Shown: positions 47,214 to 55,923 of the stretch, piece by piece | How the letters are laid out: each line of letters opens with the position of its first letter | How positions within the stretch are numbered: the stretch's first letter is position 1 | Source: a virus | Virus record (IMG/VR): IMGVR_UViG_3300027751_001020 | Coordinates: 26,067-90,066 of that record | Strand: one strand, 5' to 3' | Length of the DNA: 64,000 nucleotides | Translations under genes and position numbers: made by a program | The notes under the pieces: generated by a model | Seen by the model: only the letters and a program-made list of their open reading frames with translations | Told to the model about the DNA's origin: nothing | The model's database searches: none

Positions 47214-48539
47214 ATGTTTTATATAGTTGAAGAAGAATCTAAATTAGTCCATTTAGAGGGTTTAGTAAAATTAGGTTGTTATGTGGATGTAGTATCTTCA
47301 AATGACTTATACCATCCTAAACTTACCTCTACAATTGCCGTATATATCCGAATAGTAGGTAGTGAACAAGGATTCATTATTCCTATAAATCATGACGAAG
47401 GTATAAACGTACCAAAAGAACGTGTCTACAGACTTCTTTCACAAGCTTCAACACTCTACACATTAGACAAGAAAAACCTACTCTACCACTTTAATCTACA
47501 AGGTGCCATAGATCTATCGTTACTATACTCAATGGTAAAGTTTGATAGACTAGAGTATACAAAAGAGAACAGTACTTTAAATTACTTCTACAACAAATTT
47601 AAAGACTTTGAAAACATAAACCAGTTAATTCCTATATCTAAATTACATGAATCATGTGAGAAAATATTTGGACAAGTAGGTCATGTACTGGAATACACCA
47701 TACCAAAAGGTTTTGAATTTTATAATACGACAGCTACTAATGTATTCTTCTTATTAGAGCAGCAAGGTTTAGGAATATACTATGAAAACTTTGTAAGGTT
47801 ATTTACTCCCCGAGATCCTAAATATAATATTCAAGATAATATAGTTCTAACCCAATACAACCTGTACAATGCGACATCTAGACCTACTAATGCTTTTAAT
47901 TCTGTTAATTTCGCTGCTATACCTAAAGATCCAGAGCACAGAGCTTGCTTCCACCCGACCGGTGATTTCTTTGTTGAATTCGATTTTGATGGCTACCACC
48001 TTCGTTTACTTAGCGATCAGATTGATTACCCTTTAACAGATGAATCAGCACACAAACAGCTTGCTAAACACTACTTTGGTACAGAAGATATTACTGAAGA
48101 ACAGTATTTAGAGGCAAAACAGATTAACTTTCAGGCAATTTATGGAAAAATACCTGAACAGCACCGTAATTTAGAGATATTTCAAAAAATACAACAGTAT
48201 ATTGACGATATGTGGAACTTCTACAACGATAATGGAGTAGTCTACAATCCTATCTCGGATAAACCCTTCACCAAAGAGTTAAAAGAGATGCATCCAGCGA
48301 AATTAATGAACTATATGATGCAATCGTTGGAGACCGCAAGAAATATACTTATCTTAAAAGATGTACTAAGGTACTTAAAAGACAAAAAAACCAAAATTGT
48401 CTTATATACCTATGATGCTATACTATTTGACTTCTATAAAGAGGATGGGAAAGAAACATTAGAAGAAGTACAGAGAATAATGGAATCCGAGAAGAAATAC
48501 CCGGTAAAATTTAAATTTAGTAAAGATCTTGTTTTATAA
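47214..48539 (+). CDS. Divergent short family-A DNA polymerase
   Basis: ATSRPTNAFNSVNFAAIPK, motif A EFDFDGYHLRL, motif B KQINFQAIYG, motif C YTYDAIL; degenerate N-terminal exonuclease region. Confidence 0.8.
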   Translation: MFYIVEEESKLVHLEGLVKLGCYVDVVSSNDLYHPKLTSTIAVYIRIVGSEQGFIIPINHDEGINVPKERVYRLLSQASTLYTLDKKNLLYHFNLQGAIDLSLLYSMVKFDRLEYTKENSTLNYFYNKFKDFENINQLIPISKLHESCEKIFGQVGHVLEYTIPKGFEFYNTTATNVFFLLEQQGLGIYYENFVRLFTPRDPKYNIQDNIVLTQYNLYNATSRPTNAFNSVNFAAIPKDPEHRACFHPTGDFFVEFDFDGYHLRLLSDQIDYPLTDESAHKQLAKHYFGTEDITEEQYLEAKQINFQAIYGKIPEQHRNLEIFQKIQQYIDDMWNFYNDNGVVYNPISDKPFTKELKEMHPAKLMNYMMQSLETARNILILKDVLRYLKDKKTKIVLYTYDAILFDFYKEDGKETLEEVQRIMESEKKYPVKFKFSKDLVL

Positions 48540-48558
48540 AACAGTTTAATATTTATAT

Positions 48559-49017
48559 ATGACACAAAATGTTGTAAGTCCACTGTTCGATTATGATATC
48601 GAGCCAATTTATTTAAATGAAGATATGAGTAACAAACTGTTTTGTACGTTTGCCACTGAAGAAACTTTGGCAGGAGTACTTGATACAATACAGGAAAGAT
48701 ACAAGATTATTTACAGCAAAATATTTGTCCTATATTCAAAAAGCCAAGACGAATACATCTGTACATATAATGTTGATTTTGGAAACGTAGGAACGTTTTT
48801 AGACAATACCATCCTGGTACATAGAAAAAAAGAATCGAATACCTTATATACGATTAACGCTTTGAATACCTTGATTAAGGAACTTAACGGAGGCGTACCT
48901 GACCCTAGCTACAGAGTCAACTGGGCAGATTATAGAAACTGTATACTACTCACTAAAGGTCCAGAACTAAAAAGAATCAACACTAAATTATTTCAAATTA
49001 TTGAATTAGATAAATAA
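48559..49017 (+). CDS. Hypothetical protein (start may be ATG 48625, MSNKLFCTF)
   Basis: Ordinary coding composition; a TATTTATA at 48550-48557 sits only 1 nt before ATG 48559, favouring the later start or a leaderless mRNA. Confidence 0.7.
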   Translation: MTQNVVSPLFDYDIEPIYLNEDMSNKLFCTFATEETLAGVLDTIQERYKIIYSKIFVLYSKSQDEYICTYNVDFGNVGTFLDNTILVHRKKESNTLYTINALNTLIKELNGGVPDPSYRVNWADYRNCILLTKGPELKRINTKLFQIIELDK

Positions 49018-49032
49018 GGTTTAATAAAGGTT

Positions 49033-49599
49033 ATGTTGGAGATCTCCTTAACAGGACATACAAAAGGAATTGGAAAAGCCCTATATGAGAGTTTATCTAC
49101 CGCCTACTCAGTAAAAGGATACAGTAGGTCTAATAACTACGATATATCTACAGAAGACGGTAGGTTAGAGATTCTTAACGCAGCAAAAAATAGTAATGTA
49201 TTTATTAATAACGCATACTTTGAAAATGCACAAACTGAACTATTTACATTATTCTTTACTGAATGGATTTACGATGAAAACAAAACAATTGTAAATATTT
49301 CCAGTCAATCAAAGTACCCAGGTATGAGTAAAAACTGGTCCGGATACTCAGCATACAAGGCGTCACTTAACCATCAAGCTTACCTTTGCGGATTTAAGAC
49401 AGACAGGAAATGTAGAATTATTACTATAAATCCCGGGTTAGTTAAAACCAATATGACCCTCTCTACACAAAAAACCGGAAAAGGAATGCTAACCTCAATG
49501 GAAGTTGCATCAGCAGTAAAGTGGGCGATTGAGACTCCTCAACATATAGAAATTGGAGAACTCAGCCTCTGGTATAAATCTCCAGATCAATCAAGGTAG
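49033..49599 (+). CDS. Short-chain dehydrogenase/reductase
   Basis: TGHTKGIG, FINNA, VNISS, YSAYK (YxxxK). Confidence 0.85.
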   Translation: MLEISLTGHTKGIGKALYESLSTAYSVKGYSRSNNYDISTEDGRLEILNAAKNSNVFINNAYFENAQTELFTLFFTEWIYDENKTIVNISSQSKYPGMSKNWSGYSAYKASLNHQAYLCGFKTDRKCRIITINPGLVKTNMTLSTQKTGKGMLTSMEVASAVKWAIETPQHIEIGELSLWYKSPDQSR

Positions 49600-49600
49600 T

Positions 49601-50452
49601 ATGAAAGTTAATAAATTTCAATTTAGGTGGGAAGAAGTTACTGCAGATAGTATTAATAATACACTACTCCCCGGGCTACGTAATTTAGAGATAAATCCGA
49701 CTGAACTTTGTAACAGAACATGTAGTTTTTGTCCAAGAGTAAATGCAGAATTATATCCAAATTCTAACCTACATATGAAATTAGAAACAGCAAAACTACT
49801 TTCAGAACAATTGCAAGCAGCTAAGTATACAGGAGAAGTAGGATTTGTAGGGTTTGGAGAACCGGTATTAGCAAAAAACATACTAGACCTTCTAGCAGAA
49901 TTTACACCGTATTTTTATACATACACCATGACTAACGGGGATGTATTCTTAAAGGGAAGACAAAAAGTTGAAGATTATATAAATATAGGAGTTCAACTAC
50001 TGATTGTAAACTGTTATGATAACAAAGAGCATTTAGAGAAACTTTCACACCACTTTAAACCTTACGGTAATCAAATTAAAATACAGATTAGGCATTTAGA
50101 AGATACAGGTGAGGTTACAATTTTTAAAGAATATGGATTAACCAATAGAGGAGGAATATTTAATAAAGTAGAACCCCAACAAAGAGGATGTTACATTCCA
50201 TTTTATAAAGCAATTGTAGATTGGAATGGAGACGTATTACTATGTAGTAAAGATTGGCAAAGACAAGAAAAAAATTTAAACAATATCACAAATAAACCCT
50301 TTCCAGAATTATGGACTAGTTCAAGATATAACCACATAAGAAAAACACTTTTAAAAGGGAATAGAATCGAAATACCTGCGTGTAAACATTGTGATGTAAA
50401 TGGATTAAGAGTAGGGAAAGAAAGTGTTGAAGTTTTTAAAAATATACTTTAA
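49601..50452 (+). CDS. Radical SAM enzyme with canonical C-terminal SPASM/Twitch domain (start revised to ATG 49601)
   Basis: CNRTCSFC, GFGEP, CYIPF..DWNGDVLLC..DW...CKHCD. Confidence 0.88.
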   Translation: MKVNKFQFRWEEVTADSINNTLLPGLRNLEINPTELCNRTCSFCPRVNAELYPNSNLHMKLETAKLLSEQLQAAKYTGEVGFVGFGEPVLAKNILDLLAEFTPYFYTYTMTNGDVFLKGRQKVEDYINIGVQLLIVNCYDNKEHLEKLSHHFKPYGNQIKIQIRHLEDTGEVTIFKEYGLTNRGGIFNKVEPQQRGCYIPFYKAIVDWNGDVLLCSKDWQRQEKNLNNITNKPFPELWTSSRYNHIRKTLLKGNRIEIPACKHCDVNGLRVGKESVEVFKNIL

Positions 50453-50455
50453 AAG

Positions 50456-50484
50456 TTGGAAAACTAGAATTTAGTTCTTATATT
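50456..50484 (+). promoter_or_regulatory. Putative early/host-RNAP promoter TTG-N20-TATATT
   Basis: GTTGGAAAACTAGAATTTAGTTCTTATATT. Confidence 0.6.
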
Positions 50485-50517
50485 GAATAAATAAGTTATA
50501 ATTAAAATGTTATTATT

Positions 50518-51336
50518 ATGGATTTGAGTGCAATTCAAGCAAAGCTAGATGCTTTGAGCTCTAATGGTCAAGAGAGAGAAAAAATTGACTATTCAACTAT
50601 TTTTTGGAAACCGCAATTAGGAGAACAGACAGTACGTTTAGTTCCTTCTACTTATGATCCTTCCATGCCGTTTACGGAAATGAAATTCCATTATGGAGTT
50701 GGAAAGTACCCGATGGTAGCTTTATCAAACTTTGGTAAGCAAGATCCAATCGAGGAGTTCGTAGCCGAACTAAAAAAGACTTCTGATAAAGACAACTGGT
50801 CATTAGCGGGTAAATTGAATCCTAAGACTAGAATCTTTGCTCCTGTAATTGTTAGAGGAGAAGAAGAAAAAGGAGTTAGATTATGGGGATTTGGTATTAC
50901 TATCTATAAAGCCTTACTAGCTATTATTTCTGACGAAGATTACGGAGATATTACAGACCCGGTAAACGGTACAGACCTTACAGTTACTATGACTGCAGGT
51001 AATCCTTACCCAGAAACCTCATTAAGACCTAAACGTAACTCTTCAGGTTTAACAGAAGATAGTGCGTTATTGGATAAGTGGTTAAAAGAACAACCAGACC
51101 CTAAAGAAGTTCATAATGAATACGATTACGCTTTCATTAAGAAACAATTACAAGGTTATTTAGATCCCTCTTCTGTAGCTGAAGCAGCTCCTGCTGCCTC
51201 AACAAACTCAAACATCGATACTTCTTTACCTGCAAGTTTAGGACAAGAGAAAGTACCTGCTGCGTTTACTACTGAAGCAGCAACTGTAGGAAAACAAGAT
51301 ACAGTTAGTAAATTTGACGATCTATTTAACGAGTAA
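50518..51336 (+). CDS. Single-stranded DNA-binding protein (T4 gp32-like)
   Basis: FWKP...VRLVP, DPIEEF, EEKGVRLWGFG, YGDITDPVNGTDL; acidic C-terminus DDLFNE. Confidence 0.8.
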   Translation: MDLSAIQAKLDALSSNGQEREKIDYSTIFWKPQLGEQTVRLVPSTYDPSMPFTEMKFHYGVGKYPMVALSNFGKQDPIEEFVAELKKTSDKDNWSLAGKLNPKTRIFAPVIVRGEEEKGVRLWGFGITIYKALLAIISDEDYGDITDPVNGTDLTVTMTAGNPYPETSLRPKRNSSGLTEDSALLDKWLKEQPDPKEVHNEYDYAFIKKQLQGYLDPSSVAEAAPAASTNSNIDTSLPASLGQEKVPAAFTTEAATVGKQDTVSKFDDLFNE

Positions 51337-51341
51337 TATTT

Positions 51342-52412
51342 ATGGCTAAGAAGAAAGAAGTACAAGAGGCCGCATCTGCGGCAGTCAAGAAGAATTTTAA
51401 CCTTGGCAATTTTAAGAAGAAGAAAGGTTTTTCTGAAGCCTCGGTTAAGTTCAAACAACAAGAATGGATACCTCTTTCTCAAGCATACCAAGATATCACC
51501 TCCCTCCCCGGTATTCCTACCGGACACATCACACTCCTTCGCGGACATAGTGATACGGGCAAAACAACTGCCCTACTAGAAGCTGCAGTCAATGCCCAGA
51601 AATTGGGCATACTGCCAGTTTTTATCATATCGGAGATGAAATGGTCTTGGGACCATGCTAAAGAAATGGGACTACAGTTCGAAGAAGTTAAAGATGCTGA
51701 TGGAACTGTAACCGATTATGAAGGTCACTTCCTATATGCTGATAGGGGTACATTAAATACTATCGAAGAGGTAGCAGTCTATATGGCTGACTTAATGGAC
51801 GAACAGTCTAAAGGTAACTTACCATTCGATATGTGTTTCTTCTGGGATTCAATTGGATCTATTCCTTGTGATTTATCAGTACGTTCTAATAAGAACAATA
51901 ATGAATGGAATGCAGGTGCGATGTCTACTCAATTTGGTAATAACTTGAATCAAAAGATTCTATTATCAAGAAAAGAGAACTCACCTTATACAAATACTCT
52001 AGTAGCTATTAATAAGGTATGGACACAAAAGCCTGAACACCCTATGGGTCAGCCTAAACTACAGAATAAAGGAGGAATGTCTATGTGGTATGATGCTACA
52101 TTAGTAGTTACTTTTGGTAACATTACAAACCCTGGAACTTCTAAGATTAAAGCTGTAAAAGACGGCCTTCAAGTCGAGTTTGCCAAAAGAACTAACATCC
52201 AGATTGAAAAGAACCATATTGGAGGAGTTCAGTCTAGAGGTAAAGTTGTAATGACAGCACATGGATTCATCCCAGACGATAAAAAGGCTATTGATAAGTA
52301 TAGAGATGCCCACAAAGAACACTGGTTAAAATTAGTTGGAAGTATCGACTTCGATCTTATTGAAGAAGGAGATATGGAAGAGGAAAAAATAACTACCGGA
52401 ATTCTTGATTAA
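51342..52412 (+). CDS. recA: RecA/UvsX-like recombinase
   Basis: Walker A GHSDTGKT, WDSIGS, KGGMSMWYDA motifs. Confidence 0.85.
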   Translation: MAKKKEVQEAASAAVKKNFNLGNFKKKKGFSEASVKFKQQEWIPLSQAYQDITSLPGIPTGHITLLRGHSDTGKTTALLEAAVNAQKLGILPVFIISEMKWSWDHAKEMGLQFEEVKDADGTVTDYEGHFLYADRGTLNTIEEVAVYMADLMDEQSKGNLPFDMCFFWDSIGSIPCDLSVRSNKNNNEWNAGAMSTQFGNNLNQKILLSRKENSPYTNTLVAINKVWTQKPEHPMGQPKLQNKGGMSMWYDATLVVTFGNITNPGTSKIKAVKDGLQVEFAKRTNIQIEKNHIGGVQSRGKVVMTAHGFIPDDKKAIDKYRDAHKEHWLKLVGSIDFDLIEEGDMEEEKITTGILD

Positions 52413-53431
52413 TGGGGAACTATAGTAACATTTTAGATAATCTCAAACCCACCCCACCCCGAGAGCTGAATGACCATATCTTGGTCATAGATGCTATGAA
52501 TATGTTAATTCGTAGCTTCTCACTGCTCAAAGCAATGAACCCATCAGGTCACCATGTAGGCGGCCTGGTAGGCTTCTTGCGATCACTGGGGTTTGTTACA
52601 AGAACTTTTGACCCTTCAAGAGTTATAATTGTATGGGACGGTAAGGGAGGTTCAGCTAACAGAAAAAATATTGATCCGAATTATAAAGCACAGAGAGCTA
52701 CTTCAAGAATAACCCACTGGGGACTTTATGATACAAAAGCTGAAGAAACTGAAGCATTAATTGGACAGTTATTTAGAACTCAAGATTACTTGGAATGTCT
52801 ACCAGTCCAGCAGCTTATGATGGAAAAATTGGAAGCTGATGATATTATAGCATATTTGGCTAAAACAGCTTCTAAGTCTAAAAAGAAACTAACAATAGTT
52901 TCATCAGATAAAGATTTTTTACAACTTGTAGACGAATATGTAGAAGTATACGCTCCAGTAAAAAAGAAAACGTTTACAAAAGGTAATATAGAAGAAGAAC
53001 TTCAAGTTCTACCGGAAAATTATAATATTGTAAAAGCGTTATTAGGAGATAATTCTGATAATTTAGCCGGAGTAAAAGGATTAGGAATTAAAACTATTCT
53101 ATCTCAATTTCCAGACCTAGTTAATAAACCGGGTATGACTCTTGATTATGTTTATAACATATGTGAAGAGAAGATGAATGAGAAGAAGATCTTTCCTAAA
53201 ATAATTACCGAATGGGATAGAGTTGAAACCAACTTTAAACTAATGGACCTGCATATTACTGATCTTGATCAGAAAGAAATGGACCATGTTAAGGATGTAC
53301 TTAAAGAGGAGGTCAATAAACTACAAACCGGAGCTTTCTTACATTTGCTTGATGAAGATAAGATTGAAGGTATTACAAAAAATACTGAAGGGTGGTTAGA
53401 AAACTTTAGAAGATTAACAGTAGTAAAGTAG
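52412..53431 (+). CDS. 5'-3' exonuclease / flap endonuclease (Pol I N-terminal / T4 RNase H-like)
   Basis: IDAMNM, WDGKGG, YKAQR, EADDII, SSDKDFLQL, GDNSDNL.GVKG.G.KT. Confidence 0.93.
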   Translation: MGNYSNILDNLKPTPPRELNDHILVIDAMNMLIRSFSLLKAMNPSGHHVGGLVGFLRSLGFVTRTFDPSRVIIVWDGKGGSANRKNIDPNYKAQRATSRITHWGLYDTKAEETEALIGQLFRTQDYLECLPVQQLMMEKLEADDIIAYLAKTASKSKKKLTIVSSDKDFLQLVDEYVEVYAPVKKKTFTKGNIEEELQVLPENYNIVKALLGDNSDNLAGVKGLGIKTILSQFPDLVNKPGMTLDYVYNICEEKMNEKKIFPKIITEWDRVETNFKLMDLHITDLDQKEMDHVKDVLKEEVNKLQTGAFLHLLDEDKIEGITKNTEGWLENFRRLTVVK

Positions 53432-53481
53432 GAAAATAGAATTAAAAATCATATATTTAAGTATAATAAAAAGGTTATTAG

Positions 53482-54831
53482 ATGACATTAAAGAGCTTAC
53501 AGCAGTACGGGAAGGGGTTCCAACTAAAAGTACTAGGATCATTACTCACAGACAAGAAATTTCTACTAAACGTTAGAGACGTACTCAAAGAGGACTATTT
53601 TGATGCCGATTCACATAAGTGGATTATCAACAACATTATGGAATACTTTGACAAGTACCACACTACCGTTACAATGGATGTGCTTAAAGTAGAACTTCAG
53701 AAACTAGATAACGAGATTTTAGTTGTAGCGTTAAAAGAAGAGTTAAGAAACTCTTATGCAGCCACCCAAGACGATTTAGAGTATGTACAGGAAGAGTTCT
53801 TAGGATTTTGTAAGAACCAGGAAATGAAACATGCAATCTTATCCTCAGCAGACTTATTAAAAGAAGGTGATTTCGACGGTATTAGAAATATGGTTGAAAA
53901 AGCAATGAAAGCTGGAATGGATAAGAATATGGGTCATGAGTACAACAAAGATGTAGAATCTCGATATAGAGAGAACTATAGACCTACCGTTCCTACACCT
54001 TGGCCTTTAATGAATGATGGAATCCAAGGAGGCTTTGGCCCAGGAGATTTAGTTATCGTATTTGGTAACCCAGGAGGAGGTAAATCTTGGACGATGGTAG
54101 CTGCAGCAGCTCATGCTGTTAAAATGGGGTATAATGTTAATTACTATACTTTAGAGTTAGGTGAAGATTATGTAGGTAAACGATTCGACTGTTATTTTAC
54201 TGGATACTCTATAGATGAAGTAAATAAACATAGAGGAGAAGTTGAAAAAGTAGTTGAAGGTCTTAAAGGTAAACTTATTGTAAAAGAATACCCGCCTAAA
54301 GGAGCTACAGTAAACACTATTAAGTCTCATATCCAGAAATGTATTGATATGGACCATAAACCAGATATGATTGTAATCGACTACGTTGATTATTTACGTG
54401 CACCGTCTAAAGGTAAGTTCGCAGAACGCAAGGATGAAATCGATGATGTATTTATCGCTACTAAAGGGCTAGCCAAAGAGTTTCAAATACCTGTCTTAAC
54501 CCCATCACAAGTTAACCGAATGGGAGCCAAAGATTCAGTAATTGAAGGAGATAAAGCTGCAGGTTCTTATGATAAAATGATGGTAGCCGATATCTGCTTA
54601 TCACTTTCTCGTCAGAAAGAAGACAAGGTATTAGGTACAGGTAGAATACACGTTATGAAAAATAGATACGGCCAAGATGGTATGACTTATGATGTAATGA
54701 TGGATACAAATAACGGTCATATTGAATTTAAAGGCAAAGCAGATCCTGCTGATTTAATGGCAGCCGATGATAAACCAGTTTTCTCTTTAGATAGAGAAAC
54801 TATGGCTAAAGTTTTTGATAAAAAGTCATAA
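53482..54831 (+). CDS. dnaB: DnaB-like replicative helicase (gp41-like)
   Basis: GNPGGGKS, TLELGE, IDYVD, PSQVNR, KNRYG. Confidence 0.9.
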   Translation: MTLKSLQQYGKGFQLKVLGSLLTDKKFLLNVRDVLKEDYFDADSHKWIINNIMEYFDKYHTTVTMDVLKVELQKLDNEILVVALKEELRNSYAATQDDLEYVQEEFLGFCKNQEMKHAILSSADLLKEGDFDGIRNMVEKAMKAGMDKNMGHEYNKDVESRYRENYRPTVPTPWPLMNDGIQGGFGPGDLVIVFGNPGGGKSWTMVAAAAHAVKMGYNVNYYTLELGEDYVGKRFDCYFTGYSIDEVNKHRGEVEKVVEGLKGKLIVKEYPPKGATVNTIKSHIQKCIDMDHKPDMIVIDYVDYLRAPSKGKFAERKDEIDDVFIATKGLAKEFQIPVLTPSQVNRMGAKDSVIEGDKAAGSYDKMMVADICLSLSRQKEDKVLGTGRIHVMKNRYGQDGMTYDVMMDTNNGHIEFKGKADPADLMAADDKPVFSLDRETMAKVFDKKS

Positions 54832-54861
54832 CTTTTTGATCTGAAACCGAAATATATATTC

Positions 54862-54869
54862 TATTTATA
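54862..54869 (+). promoter_or_regulatory. TATTTATA motif upstream of nrdB
   Basis: Same recurrent motif, 68 nt before the ATG. Confidence 0.45.
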
Positions 54870-54872
54870 ACC

Positions 54873-54906
54873 ACGTCCTCGGTGGTTTCCACTTGAGGAT
54901 GTTTTT
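54873..54906 (+). terminator. Terminator/attenuator-like hairpin
   Basis: ACGTCCTC-G-GTGG-TTT-CCAC-TT-GAGGATGT followed by TTTT. Confidence 0.65.
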
Positions 54907-54937
54907 GTCTTAATTAACACCAAATATATAATTATAT

Positions 54938-55912
54938 ATGAGCTTATTGCAAGAAAGAGTCGTTTACAAACCATTTGAATACCCACAAGCTTTTGACTAT
55001 TGGATGAAGCAACAACAAGCTCACTGGTTACATACAGAAGTACCGATGGCACAGGATGTTACCGACTGGTCATCCAACCTTAAACCCCATGAAAAGAATC
55101 TTATTGGAGGAATCTTAAAAGGATTTGCACAGACAGAAACAGTGGTGAACGATTACTGGACTAACCTTGTAACTACTTGGTTTAGAAAACCAGAAATTAT
55201 TGCAATGGGTGTTACTTTTGGTTCTTTTGAAACTATACACGCCGAAGCATACTCATTATTAAATGAGCAGTTAGGTTTAGATAACTTTGCTGAGTTTATG
55301 GAAGATGAGGCTACTATGGCTAAAATTGAAAATCTAATGGAAGTTAGAGATTCTCATGATGCACCAGACTGGCACCAAAGAGCTGTCTCTCTCGCAATCT
55401 TCTCTGCTTTCACAGAAGGTGTTAACTTATTTAGTTCCTTTGCAGTGTTACTTTCATTTAAAATGAGAAACCTTTTAAAAGGAGTTGGACAGATAGTAGA
55501 ATGGTCTGTAAGAGATGAATCTTTACACAGTAATGCAGGTTGTTGGTTATTTAAAACTCTAATGGAAGAACACCCAGAGTTTAAAACACCTCAACTTGAA
55601 GCAGATATTAGAGAAGCTGCAGCAGCAGCAATAAAATTAGAGTTTGACTTTATAGATAAAGTATTCGAAATGGGAGATTTAGAAAATCTTTCTAAAGACG
55701 AATTAAAAAACTTTATTAAACACAGAGTAAATACTAAGATGGGAGATTTAGGTTTAAAACCTTTAATACCATCAGAGGAAATAGATAAAGGAGCATTAAA
55801 AACTATGAAATGGTTTGATGCAGTTATCGCAGGAAAACAACAAACAGATTTCTTTGCCAATAGAGTAACAAACTACTCAAAAGGGCATATGGATTGGGAT
55901 TCAGCATTTTAA
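54938..55912 (+). CDS. nrdB: Class I ribonucleotide reductase beta subunit
   Basis: KPFEYP, W...E, ETIHAEAY, EGVNLFSSF, RDESLH, DFF. Confidence 0.96.
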   Translation: MSLLQERVVYKPFEYPQAFDYWMKQQQAHWLHTEVPMAQDVTDWSSNLKPHEKNLIGGILKGFAQTETVVNDYWTNLVTTWFRKPEIIAMGVTFGSFETIHAEAYSLLNEQLGLDNFAEFMEDEATMAKIENLMEVRDSHDAPDWHQRAVSLAIFSAFTEGVNLFSSFAVLLSFKMRNLLKGVGQIVEWSVRDESLHSNAGCWLFKTLMEEHPEFKTPQLEADIREAAAAAIKLEFDFIDKVFEMGDLENLSKDELKNFIKHRVNTKMGDLGLKPLIPSEEIDKGALKTMKWFDAVIAGKQQTDFFANRVTNYSKGHMDWDSAF

Positions 55913-55923
55913 TATAAAGTTTT

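Noticed and set aside
54861-55052. Minus-strand 63-aa ORF over the nrdB start
   Set aside because: Overlaps nrdB and the hairpin; no supporting signals.
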